Source of the DNA: Candidatus Geothermocultor quzhuomuensis
GTDB lineage: Bacteria; Actinomycetota; Aquicultoria; Geothermocultorales; Geothermocultoraceae
Assembly: GCA_015711795.1 (NCBI GenBank)
Contig: JACVJC010000002.1
Span: 35,649-99,648 of the forward strand
DNA length: 64,000 nt
Direction of reading: 5' to 3'
The notes beneath the pieces are model-generated. The model was not told the DNA's origin. It did not search any database and saw only the letters and a list, made by a program, of their open reading frames with translations. Position numbers and translations under genes: made by a program. Positions within the stretch are counted from its first letter, which is position 1, and every line of letters starts with the position of its first letter. Shown here piece by piece: positions 49,068 to 57,961 of this stretch.

Positions 49068-50168
49068 ATGCTCTTTTGTCCTAAGTGTGGTGCTCAAAAT
49101 GAGGAGGGGTGGGAAAGCTGCGTTAAATGCCAGCGAGACCTGGTTAAAGCACAAAGCTCTATTGAGACGGGCTTAAGTTGCTTGCACTGTGGTCGCGAAA
49201 TTGAGAGAGAGTGGAGCTTTTGCCCAGGCTGCGGTCAGGGTATTGACTTAAAACAGTTTGAGGGAAAAAAGCCAGAAATTACTGAGCAAACCCAGTCAGA
49301 AACCTCTCCTTTACCAATTTTAATTGATGAAAAAACAAGGCTAACTCGAGAAAAAAGTGAAGCGCTCAGAACATATAGATGGTTAATCATAGCTGGTAGC
49401 TTAATACTCACAGGTCTTATAGTTAGCTTTGTTACCTGGTTTGCCATTGGGAGTCGCGCAATTTACACCAGTAATGCCTCTTCGATACTTCTTGGACTTA
49501 ATAAAACCAAAGCTGACCTTCTGCAAATTACTGCAACTCTTTATCCTCAAGAAGGGGGAGTTCCTCAAGAAAGCTTAGTGGAACTCCGAACTTGCAGAGA
49601 AAAGTTTAATAATTTGTATGAGCTAGCAAACAAGCTCAAACCTCCTTCTGAAGCCCGAGAATCTCATAAGCAATTAGTTGAAACCATATCGCAATGTTTA
49701 TCAATTTCAGATAAGCTCGTAAGGGCTTTAGAAAATAATGACGCTGCTCTTTACGGAGAAGCACTGGCTGAACTAGATAAAGTTAGGGAGACACAAGTTG
49801 CCCCTGTTGGATTTCCTGCTATTTATATGGCTCAAGAAGTTACAGTAAAAGCTGACTTGTATCAAATTAGGATGGATGTTAGGCGAATTGTTGCTACCGA
49901 GGAACCTCAACAAGGTGGAGGCAGCCAACAAGCCGTGAATGACCTTCAAGTCGATAAAGAAAAATTAGATAAATTGCTGAAGCAATTAAATTTACTAAAA
50001 CCTTCTTCGGGTTCTGAGGAGAATCATCAGCGCTTGTTAGAAGTCGTTACTCAGTATCAAGGTATTGTCGAAAAGCTAATCAGGGCTTATCAAAGTAATG
50101 ATACAAGCCTTTATTTTGAAGCCCTTCGTGAATTAGATAAAGCTGAGCAAATACCACTTGAGTTTTAA
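49068..50168 (+). CDS. Double zinc-ribbon membrane protein with duplicated helical C-terminal domain
   Basis: CPKC/CVKC/CLHC/CPGC, one TM helix, two related units (KADL.QI...LKP...H..L.E...ND..LY.EAL.ELDK). Confidence 0.7.
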   Translation: MLFCPKCGAQNEEGWESCVKCQRDLVKAQSSIETGLSCLHCGREIEREWSFCPGCGQGIDLKQFEGKKPEITEQTQSETSPLPILIDEKTRLTREKSEALRTYRWLIIAGSLILTGLIVSFVTWFAIGSRAIYTSNASSILLGLNKTKADLLQITATLYPQEGGVPQESLVELRTCREKFNNLYELANKLKPPSEARESHKQLVETISQCLSISDKLVRALENNDAALYGEALAELDKVRETQVAPVGFPAIYMAQEVTVKADLYQIRMDVRRIVATEEPQQGGGSQQAVNDLQVDKEKLDKLLKQLNLLKPSSGSEENHQRLLEVVTQYQGIVEKLIRAYQSNDTSLYFEALRELDKAEQIPLEF

Positions 50169-50299
50169 TATTGCTTGAATAAAGCCTTTCTTCAATACTT
50201 TAAAAATTGATAAACCGAAGCCATTTTGCCAAACTAAATTGTTTACTTGACTTGATTTGTTTTTGGTGTTAAGTTTAAGGTGAACTTTCAAATTTAGTT

Positions 50300-50380
50300 A
50301 AATTATTGTGGGGTGCGAGGAATCACAGTCTCTAGTTTGGGCGCACTTGGGCTGTGAGGAGCAAATAGTGAAACCGACCC
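50300..50380 (+). ncRNA. Cyclic di-GMP-II riboswitch
   Basis: TCACAGTC/GGCTGTGA stem, TTGGGCGCACTTG, GAG, TAGTGAAACCGACC (CACT/AGTG pseudoknot), resembling the class II consensus; overlaps a terminator. Confidence 0.78.
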
Positions 50381-50399
50381 GAAGGTCGGTTTTCTTTTT
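50371..50399 (+). terminator. Intrinsic terminator (riboswitch expression platform)
   Basis: AAACCGACC-CGAA-GGTCGGTTT followed by TCTTTTT. Confidence 0.85.
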
Positions 50400-50435
50400 A
50401 AGAAATCAAAATTTTGGAAAGGAGGTGACTGAAGG

Positions 50436-51653
50436 GTGAAGTTAAGAGTTTTTTTAGGAGTTGTTTTTATTATTGCCCTTGTTGTCATTTTTTATACCCT
50501 GGTGGGATTTGCTTTTGGAAGAAGTGGTAGGATGGAGCGAAAGATAGTTGTTTTTAAATCAGGTATTTTGAACGAGCCAGCTCGAGAAGTTTTAGTAAAA
50601 CAGTTTGGCGGGGTTAAGATTAAGGATTTGACTTTAATCGATGGAATGGCTGTGCTTTTACCACCTCAAGCAGAGGAAGCTTTAGTCCATCAGGCGGGAG
50701 TTTTAAGAATTGATGATGACATTATAGTTGAAGCTTTAATTAAGGGTGGCGTGGCTGGAAAACCAGCTCCTCCTCAACCAGTTGAAAGTTTACCTTGGGG
50801 TGTCAATCGAATTGATGCTGACTTAGCATGGGGCACGAGTACGGGTGACCCGATTAAAGTTGCTATCATTGATACTGGAATTGATTTAGCCCATCCTGAT
50901 TTGAAAGCCAATATTAAGGGTGGATACAATGCTATTAATCCAACCAAATCTCCTAATGATGATAATGGCCATGGCACTCATGTAGCTGGAATTGTTGCTG
51001 CCATCGATAATGAAATTGGAGTGATTGGCGTTGGTCCACAAATTGACCTTTATGCAGTCAAAGTTTTGAGTCGCACCGGTTCTGGCTACCTCTCTGATGT
51101 GATTGAAGGACTTGACTGGGCAATTTCTAATGGAATGCAAGTTGTTAATATGAGTTTGGGCACAAATACTGATGTTCAATCTTTCCGCGATGCGGTAATA
51201 CGAGTTAGTCAAGCTGGTATTATTCAAGTCGCTGCTGCAGGCAATAATTCTGGTGGTTCAGTTACTTATCCAGCGGCTTATCCAGAAGTAATTGCTGTTT
51301 CTGCTACTGATTCTAGTGATTTAATTGCTTCTTTTTCTTCAGTTGGTCCTGAGATTGATTTAGCGGCACCAGGGGTAAATATTTATTCAACCTATAAAGG
51401 TTCAACTTATAAAACATTATCAGGGACTTCTATGGCTTCTCCTCATGTCGCTGGAACAGTAGCTGATATTTTAGCAACACCAGCTCGAGCTCCTTATGAC
51501 AGTAATCTCAATGGAGTTTGGGAACCATCTGAAGTAAAAGCAGTTTTACAGGCAACAGCTGATGATTTAGGAGTAGTTGGTTTTGATAATTATTATGGCT
51601 ACGGCTTAGTCGATACCGAAGAAAGTGTCACGGGAATTCAAACTAATCTCTAA
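50436..51653 (+). CDS. Secreted subtilisin-like S8 serine protease
   Basis: Signal peptide, propeptide, IIDTG, HGTHVAG, GTSMASPHVAG. Confidence 0.95.
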   Translation: MKLRVFLGVVFIIALVVIFYTLVGFAFGRSGRMERKIVVFKSGILNEPAREVLVKQFGGVKIKDLTLIDGMAVLLPPQAEEALVHQAGVLRIDDDIIVEALIKGGVAGKPAPPQPVESLPWGVNRIDADLAWGTSTGDPIKVAIIDTGIDLAHPDLKANIKGGYNAINPTKSPNDDNGHGTHVAGIVAAIDNEIGVIGVGPQIDLYAVKVLSRTGSGYLSDVIEGLDWAISNGMQVVNMSLGTNTDVQSFRDAVIRVSQAGIIQVAAAGNNSGGSVTYPAAYPEVIAVSATDSSDLIASFSSVGPEIDLAAPGVNIYSTYKGSTYKTLSGTSMASPHVAGTVADILATPARAPYDSNLNGVWEPSEVKAVLQATADDLGVVGFDNYYGYGLVDTEESVTGIQTNL

Positions 51654-51718
51654 GGAGAGAGCTAAGTAGCCAAACAGCTTATAAATCTGTAAAGCTTTAT
51701 ATGTGATATAATAATTGT

Positions 51719-52121
51719 GGGAAGTAGACCGGGTGGTCACTCCCTGATAATAAAGCTTATCAGGGAGAGGAAAGTCCGGGCTTCACAGGGCGAGGTGGCT
51801 GCTAACAGCAGCTCGTTGTGAGACGAGGAAAGTGCCACAGAGAGCAAACCGCCTCTTATTATGTTGAGGTAAGGGTGAAAGGGTGGTGTAAGAGACCACC
51901 GCTCTGGTGGTAACATCAGAGGCATGGTAAACCCCACCTGGAGCAAGGCCAAATAGAGAAGGAAGGTTATCTGCTTTGAGCGGAGAGCCTGCCATGTTGC
52001 CCGCATGGCTATAACTTCTGGGTTGGCTGCTTGAGTCCAATGGCAACATTGGACCTAGATAGATGACCACCACCCCTTGTTAAAAATGGGGTACAGAACC
52101 CGGCTTATAGGTCTGCTTCCC
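51719..52121 (+). ncRNA. rnpB: RNase P RNA (type A)
   Basis: GAGGAAAGTCCGGGC, GGAAAGTGCCACAG, GGTAAACCCC, GGAGCAAG, ACAGAACCCGGCTTA; terminal helix GGGAAGTAGACC/GGTCTGCTTCCC; extended -10 upstream. Confidence 0.97.
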
Positions 52122-52340
52122 TTTTTTAGTTAGAAGTTAACAGTAAGGAGAGAGCAGAAAATAGTTAGCAGATAGCAGTGAGCAGACTGAAGAGCTGAAG
52201 CTTGTCCCTTCATTGCATTCAAGGCAAGCTTTAGGCCGAAGCCCTGAGTAAAGCGAAGGAACTAGGGATTAAAAGGTAGGCAGGGCAGATAGGTCGGGCA
52301 GTCAAAATTTATTAGTTTAGTGTCTTGTTTATTGATGATA

Positions 52341-52356
52341 TATATGCTAGCATATA
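52341..52356. promoter_or_regulatory. Perfect 16-bp palindrome, likely TA autoregulatory operator
   Basis: TATATGCTAGCATATA ending 3 nt before the antitoxin ATG. Confidence 0.6.
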
Positions 52357-52359
52357 AAG

Positions 52360-52599
52360 ATGAGGCGCACTATGATTTATTTAAAAGACAATCAATATAC
52401 TCAGCTCGTGAAGCTAGCTAAAGAGGAAAAAAGGAGCTTAGCCGAGCTTATTAGGCTGGCGGTTGATTCTCTTCTAAAAAAGAAAGAAAGAAAAATTAAT
52501 TATCTTTCAATTGTTGGTATTGCTGAAGGTGAACCAGGGCGAATCTCTGAAAATGCGGAATCCTATTTAAAGGAATTGTTTCAAAAGAAAAAAGAATGA
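52360..52599 (+). CDS. Ribbon-helix-helix (CopG) antitoxin, VapB-like
   Basis: MRRTMIYL...LAKEEKRSLAELIRLAVD; ATGA overlap with the PIN gene. Confidence 0.85.
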   Translation: MRRTMIYLKDNQYTQLVKLAKEEKRSLAELIRLAVDSLLKKKERKINYLSIVGIAEGEPGRISENAESYLKELFQKKKE

Positions 52600-53012
52600 T
52601 TTTAATTGACACTGGTGCCATATATGCAATTCTTGATAAAAATGATGCAAATCACAAAAGGGCAGTTGACTTATATCGTTCAGTCGCTGGTAAAGAAGAA
52701 CTAGTTTTGCTTTCGCTAGTTTTAGTTGAAACTTGGTTTTTGTTAGATTCCAGGCTGGGCAGTTATGTAGCAAGCCGTTTTATTTCTTCAGTTAATGAAG
52801 GAATCTTTAGTTTTCATGAGATAAGTTTGGATGACATCTCACGAGCCATTGAGATTGAAAAGAGGTATAAAAGAGCGAAGTTTGGTTTAATTGATTCTGT
52901 CTGCTTTGCCTTTGCTGAAAGAAAAAATATCAGGGAAATTTTTACATTTGATAATCACTTCTCAATCTATAAACCAAATCATGTGAAGCAATTTAATATT
53001 TATCCTTTTTAA
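52596..53012 (+). CDS. vapC: PIN-domain toxin, VapC-like
   Basis: ILIDTG, VLVET, GLIDS, IFTFDNHF acidic tetrad. Confidence 0.88.
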   Translation: MILIDTGAIYAILDKNDANHKRAVDLYRSVAGKEELVLLSLVLVETWFLLDSRLGSYVASRFISSVNEGIFSFHEISLDDISRAIEIEKRYKRAKFGLIDSVCFAFAERKNIREIFTFDNHFSIYKPNHVKQFNIYPF

Positions 53013-53027
53013 GCTGACCGGTTTTCT

Positions 53028-54299
53028 TTAGAAATTTTTGAGGTTATACTCTTTTTCCAATGAATTAGCCATTATGCTTGCTTTCCTTATTTCTTCATAG
53101 GAAAAAGATTGATTTGAGATGATGTAGTGGGGTGGAGCATCATAAAATACTAGTCCTAATTTTTGAGCATTTTCATGAAGATGAGTTCCGGGTAAAACAT
53201 GAAGAGTTGAAAAAATTATGGTTGAAGGTTTAAGGTTAAAAACAAATTTGATAGATTTAACGAAACTGAAAAAATTATCTCCAGGCAAGCCAATAATTAA
53301 GTCAGAAATAACCTTGATATCATTCTTGAGCAAAAGTTCGATGCCCTTTTTAAATTTGCTTTTATCAAATTCCCGTTTAACATTTCTTAATACTTGAGCA
53401 TTAATCGTCTGAGGCCCAGTTTCTACACTAACGACATTGGCTTTTTTGAGCAGTGAAACGGTTGCCTTATTAACTTTTTCGCAAGCAATCTCAATGGTGT
53501 GGAGTTTAGTATCAAATTTGTTTAACTTTGAAATCATTGAGGAAAGCTTCTTGACATTTTTTTGATTGAGATTAAAAACGGGGTCGATGAAGGAAAAACT
53601 CTTTACATTTTCTTGGCTTAGGATAAATTCGAGATCACTTTTAACCCTTTCATCAGAGAAGAATCTAAGTTTAGGATAATTTTTCCCTTCGTAGCAGTAA
53701 GCACAACTGAAAGGGCAACCTCGGTATGTTTCAAGGTAAGTTACTTTGTCTTGAGGAACTATTGTTTTAGTTAAAAAAGGAGAGGGAATTTCATCGAGAT
53801 TTTCTATTAAAGGTTGGTCAGGATTAGAGAAGATTTTGCCATTCTTTCGGTAAGAAATTCCTTTGATCTTTTCTAATTTTCCCTCATTAAGTGCAAAATG
53901 CTTAATAATTTGGGAAAATGTAACTTCACCTTCACCCCTAACGATAATGTCAATTGCAGGATTTTCTTGAAGATATTTTTTACTAATCGGACCTACTTCA
54001 GGTCCACCCAAAACAATTTTAATTTCAGGGTTTAACTGTTTAATTAAAGGAGAGAGTTTTAAAATTTTTTCCATATTCCAGCAGTAACAAGAGAAACCTA
54101 CGATTTTGGGGGAGATACGAGAGATGGAAAATAAAGCTTGTTCGATATCATTGCAATCTTTACAGAGGTCAAGTATATCGATAATTACCCTTTCCCGTAT
54201 TAACTTATCCTTAAGGGCATAAGCTTTTAAATAGCCAAAAGCCAGAGAAAAATTTCCACAAACATTAAAGGTTAAAAGCAATACCTTAGTTTTATTCAT
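53028..54299 (-). CDS. Cobalamin-binding radical SAM protein
   Basis: VGFSCYCWN, LGGPEV, GEGEVTF, RGCPFSCAYC, IIGLPGD; start moved to ATG 54299 (SD GAGGTG). Confidence 0.88.
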   Translation of the reverse strand: MNKTKVLLLTFNVCGNFSLAFGYLKAYALKDKLIRERVIIDILDLCKDCNDIEQALFSISRISPKIVGFSCYCWNMEKILKLSPLIKQLNPEIKIVLGGPEVGPISKKYLQENPAIDIIVRGEGEVTFSQIIKHFALNEGKLEKIKGISYRKNGKIFSNPDQPLIENLDEIPSPFLTKTIVPQDKVTYLETYRGCPFSCAYCYEGKNYPKLRFFSDERVKSDLEFILSQENVKSFSFIDPVFNLNQKNVKKLSSMISKLNKFDTKLHTIEIACEKVNKATVSLLKKANVVSVETGPQTINAQVLRNVKREFDKSKFKKGIELLLKNDIKVISDLIIGLPGDNFFSFVKSIKFVFNLKPSTIIFSTLHVLPGTHLHENAQKLGLVFYDAPPHYIISNQSFSYEEIRKASIMANSLEKEYNLKNF

Positions 54300-55155
54300 T
54301 TTTAAGCACCTCAATATAGCCAATCTTTTCTCTTTTTGAAACGGGCTTAAATTCTTCTGCACCGTTCTTTTCTAAGTAGTCTTGGATAATACCGGGACAA
54401 ACTAAATTGTAAGAGCACTTAAGACAGTTTTTATTTTTTTTATAAAGCCAGTTAAAGGGTTGATAAAGCTCAAGCACATGATGTTCATATTTTTTCATTA
54501 AGCATAAAGGAATTTTTTCCGTTAGAATCCAGATACGATTTAGAATGCTTAAATCTATAGCATTTTTCACAAAGGGCATTACTTCGCTTATTTTAAGGTT
54601 AAGGTCAGAAAAAGAAAGAATGATTTTATCTACTTTTAAAGGAATGACAAACTTAACTATCTCTTCAATATTTTCAAAATTTTCTTTTGAAATAGGAATT
54701 CTAATAGTGATGTGGGGGCTGAAGGGTTGATTATTGAGGTTATTTATGCTTTTCAAATTGTGAATCCCTGAAACTGTCTGCCAAAAGCTTCCCAAAGTTT
54801 GAGTAATTGAATCATGTTGGTAATTGTAATAACCATGAAGTTTGATTTCAAAGATGAAATTGCCACTCTCAATAGCTGCGCAGGCAAAATTCCAGTCAGA
54901 AAAAGCTCTCCCGTTAGTGACAATCTTAATCCTTTTAAAGTTTCTCATTCTTGCTATTGATATTAACTCAAAGAAGTCTTCTCTTATTGTTGGTTCTCCT
55001 CCAAAGAATTCAATATTTTCATCACCAGGAGAGTTTTCTATTTCTTTTCTTATCTCTTCAAATGGCCTCTGTTCTCGAGATATAAAAAGGTATTTGCAGT
55101 TTACACAGTTATTATTGCAGGAACTTCCGACAAAAATTTTTTTATATTTAATCAT
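54292..55155 (-). CDS. Radical SAM protein with C-terminal CxxCx5CxG motif (HxsC-like)
   Basis: CNNNCVNC, FGGEPTIR, VTNGR, HDSIT...GSFWQT, IPLCL, CLKCSYNLVCPG. Confidence 0.8.
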   Translation of the reverse strand: MIKYKKIFVGSSCNNNCVNCKYLFISREQRPFEEIRKEIENSPGDENIEFFGGEPTIREDFFELISIARMRNFKRIKIVTNGRAFSDWNFACAAIESGNFIFEIKLHGYYNYQHDSITQTLGSFWQTVSGIHNLKSINNLNNQPFSPHITIRIPISKENFENIEEIVKFVIPLKVDKIILSFSDLNLKISEVMPFVKNAIDLSILNRIWILTEKIPLCLMKKYEHHVLELYQPFNWLYKKNKNCLKCSYNLVCPGIIQDYLEKNGAEEFKPVSKREKIGYIEVLKNE

Positions 55156-55314
55156 CTTCTAGCTTTTCTCCTACTTCACGGTGATTTTTTCAATAATACC
55201 TAATAAGCTTGGGGTTAGCAAATTAAATCTTTGGGCTAACAAATGAACAAGCAACAAGTTGAGGGAGGATTAAGGTAGGGTAAAGTAATTGCCATCCATT
55301 TTATTGAGCTTCAT

Positions 55315-56925
55315 TTATAGATTGAAGTAATGGGCTTCTGTCTCAAGGGAATACGAGCGAACATTTAGAGCCCCCTCATTTGATAAAATTTTAAACTCAA
55401 AAGTTGCTGTTTTACCGGGCTCAATTGTGTTAGTAGAAGGGTAGGTAAAATCAACGCCAACCACTGTATCAGTTGAACTGTAAAAAGTTCCAATGATTTT
55501 AATGAAGTAAGCCTTTGAGTTTCCTGTGTTTTTTATTTCCCCATGGACAAAGTAATTTCCAAAGTCGTCTCTTGATGCCCAATGATTAGTAATCTGAATG
55601 TTTTTATCTGGAGGTTCTTGCGTTGTTTGATAACTCACTCCCAATCGATATGTTTTCCAGCCTTCTTCTAAGGAGATGAAACTTGTTTCAAAAGGGCTTT
55701 TTTCTGATGGTCCAATGATATCCCTAATAGTGTAGGTAAATTTAGTTGCTATAGCGACATTAAGCTTGTTGTAAAAAGTGGCATTGATTTTAGTAAATCT
55801 TATATTACTTGAAGTTTCATTCTTAACCTCCCCGACTAGGTGAAAAGTTCCGTGGGAATCTTGATAAACTCGATGACTAGTAATAACAACTCCACTTGGT
55901 TGGGGTTGAGTAGTTGAAGTAATGACACCTGTTTCAATCCAAAAAGCAATGTCTTCTGAGATAACACCAGTTCCACCTAAAATAATTGAGTTTAAAATGG
56001 AGGTGCGTTTTTGGTCCATCCAAATCTTGGAAATTTCAGGTGGAGGAGTTTGCTGGCTTATTAAAAGAAGAGGGGAACCTTTCTTTCCAGCTAAAGCCCC
56101 GCCAGTTAAAGCATCAGGATAGTCTTGACCTGTGGCTACATAAAGGGAATTTAAATTTAAACCAAGCTGAACCGAATAATTAATTATCGCTATGTTAGTT
56201 TCGTATCTATTGTTACCTGAAAGTCTAGTAGGGTTAGGAAGTTGGTTTTGAACATTTTCCGAAATAATCCCTGCTCCTCCAAGGATGATTGTTTTGGTTA
56301 TTGCTAAAAAGCTTAGGGCTTTCTTAGTTGAAGAGGGAATAGAATCTTTGGATACCAGGAGGATAGGGTACCTTTTAAATGAAACAAGAGGGGAGATGGA
56401 AAGAGCATCTGGAAAATTAAAGCCATTAGTAATGATAGCAGTTTTATCAGGAATAGACCCTTTTAATTTTTCCTTTAAAGATAAGGCAATTTCCTGGGCA
56501 GTTGCAAATCTATCCTGACCAGAAATTCTTTTTACGGAAAGACCAAGGGAAAGCAGTTCATTAGTGACATTATTAGAAACAGCTCCTTCCCCTCCTAGAA
56601 CAAAAGCATTTTTTGCTTTTAGTCTTTTAATTTCTTCTTTGACACCTTGAGGGAGGGAATTCTTTTGAGTGAGGAGGATAGGAGCTTCATAAGCACCAGC
56701 CAGGGAAGAGCCAGCTAAAGCATCTGCGAAGCCTTCACCTGTAGCAATAAAAACATAATCACAAGAATTCCAGCCATTGTAAGAAATTTCAGTCGAAGTT
56801 GTATAGCGATCATTTCCAGTTAAGCGGGTTACAGAAATATTTTGAGCAAAGGAGAGGGGTGGAAAGATTAATTTTAAGGTGAGGAAAAAGACCAATAATT
56901 TCTTGGATTTGGTAAGTTTTTTCAC
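55315..56925 (-). CDS. Secreted surface protein: three CWB2 repeats plus two FxLYD-like Ig-type domains
   Basis: Signal peptide; GNDRY/GQDRF/GNNRY and FADAL/FPDAL/YPDAL repeats; twice GE(V/I)KN...I.(A/G)TFY. Confidence 0.85.
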   Translation of the reverse strand: MKKLTKSKKLLVFFLTLKLIFPPLSFAQNISVTRLTGNDRYTTSTEISYNGWNSCDYVFIATGEGFADALAGSSLAGAYEAPILLTQKNSLPQGVKEEIKRLKAKNAFVLGGEGAVSNNVTNELLSLGLSVKRISGQDRFATAQEIALSLKEKLKGSIPDKTAIITNGFNFPDALSISPLVSFKRYPILLVSKDSIPSSTKKALSFLAITKTIILGGAGIISENVQNQLPNPTRLSGNNRYETNIAIINYSVQLGLNLNSLYVATGQDYPDALTGGALAGKKGSPLLLISQQTPPPEISKIWMDQKRTSILNSIILGGTGVISEDIAFWIETGVITSTTQPQPSGVVITSHRVYQDSHGTFHLVGEVKNETSSNIRFTKINATFYNKLNVAIATKFTYTIRDIIGPSEKSPFETSFISLEEGWKTYRLGVSYQTTQEPPDKNIQITNHWASRDDFGNYFVHGEIKNTGNSKAYFIKIIGTFYSSTDTVVGVDFTYPSTNTIEPGKTATFEFKILSNEGALNVRSYSLETEAHYFNL

Positions 56926-57109
56926 ATTAGGTCCCTTTAATTACTTTTAATTAAGGAGAATAAAATTAAGAATTTAAATGAAATCTTATGCCCTTAAGAA
57001 AAAATTGTCAAACAATAATGTTATAATTGTTTCAGCTTCTTTTATTATGGTAAAAAAAGTGATATTCTTAAAAGGAATAAGCTCCTGAAAATGGAGGGAG
57101 GCGAAGATA

Positions 57110-57886
57110 ATGAAATGTCCAGTTTGTGGCAATGAGATGAAGGAAGGAGAAGAACATTGCTCAGTTTGTGGAGCTAGGATTGTTAGTGAGGCGGAGGCGC
57201 CTACTGTTCCTTCAGAGCAAGTAAGGGAAGGTGTTTCTGCTGGAGAAGAAAGACCAGAAGAAATAGCCAAACCAGCTGAGGAAGTTCCTCCTTTTGAAAC
57301 AGGTCCACCTGAGGCAGGTCCACCTGAGGCAGGTCCACCTGAGGCAGGTCCACCTGAGCCGGTGAAGGAGGAAGAAAAAGTATTTGAAGGAGTTGCTCCA
57401 CAGGAAGTTATCCCAACTCCATCAGAAGCAATGCCCCCAACTCCTTCAGCTCCATCCGAACCAGTTATCGGGCAACCTCCAGCTGTTGAAGAGACAAAAG
57501 TACCTGAACCTTCTGAACCTGCACCAGTGGAAGGTACTCTACCAACTACTCCTACTTATGAATCAATTTCTCCACCTGTTACTGAGCAACCTCAACCACC
57601 TGTTGAGCCTTTATATGCACCACCTACAGAGCCAACAGTAGCTAGACCATCTGAACCAACTCCTCCACCTGAAGCAGTTCAACCAGCTGTTGAGCAACCT
57701 CCAACAGCGCCTGAGGTAGTGGCACCAACTGAGCAAGCAGTCGCCCCTGTAGCAGAGGAGGTTGCTCCACCCAAGAAAAAGCGAGGAATATTTCGTTACC
57801 TTCTTATTGCTTGGGTAATTATTATGATCCTGCTTGCTCTTGTTTTAGTAACAATTATTGCCTTTCCTAATCTCCTTTCCCGTTAA
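57110..57886 (+). CDS. Zinc-ribbon, Pro/Glu-rich, C-terminally anchored membrane protein
   Basis: CPVC...CSVC, about 190-aa low-complexity linker, KKKR followed by a hydrophobic helix at the C-terminus. Confidence 0.75.
   Translation: MKCPVCGNEMKEGEEHCSVCGARIVSEAEAPTVPSEQVREGVSAGEERPEEIAKPAEEVPPFETGPPEAGPPEAGPPEAGPPEPVKEEEKVFEGVAPQEVIPTPSEAMPPTPSAPSEPVIGQPPAVEETKVPEPSEPAPVEGTLPTTPTYESISPPVTEQPQPPVEPLYAPPTEPTVARPSEPTPPPEAVQPAVEQPPTAPEVVAPTEQAVAPVAEEVAPPKKKRGIFRYLLIAWVIIMILLALVLVTIIAFPNLLSR
57300..57358 (+). repeat. 15-bp tandem repeat (about 4 copies)
   Basis: CAGGTCCACCTGAGG repeated, encoding GPPEA. Confidence 0.92.
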
Positions 57887-57961
57887 AACCATTTTGAAAC
57901 TTTTATCACCTTCTTTCGTTTAATTCGATAGAGAAATTAAAAGGGAAGGAGGTAAAGGAAT

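Noticed and set aside
51737-52073. Two minus-strand ORFs (89 and 96 aa)
   Set aside because: Antisense shadows of the RNase P RNA gene.
55270-55314. 14-aa minus-strand ORF (MKLNKMDGNYFTLP) as radical SAM precursor
   Set aside because: No SD, no His-Xaa-Ser or Cys motif; too short to support.
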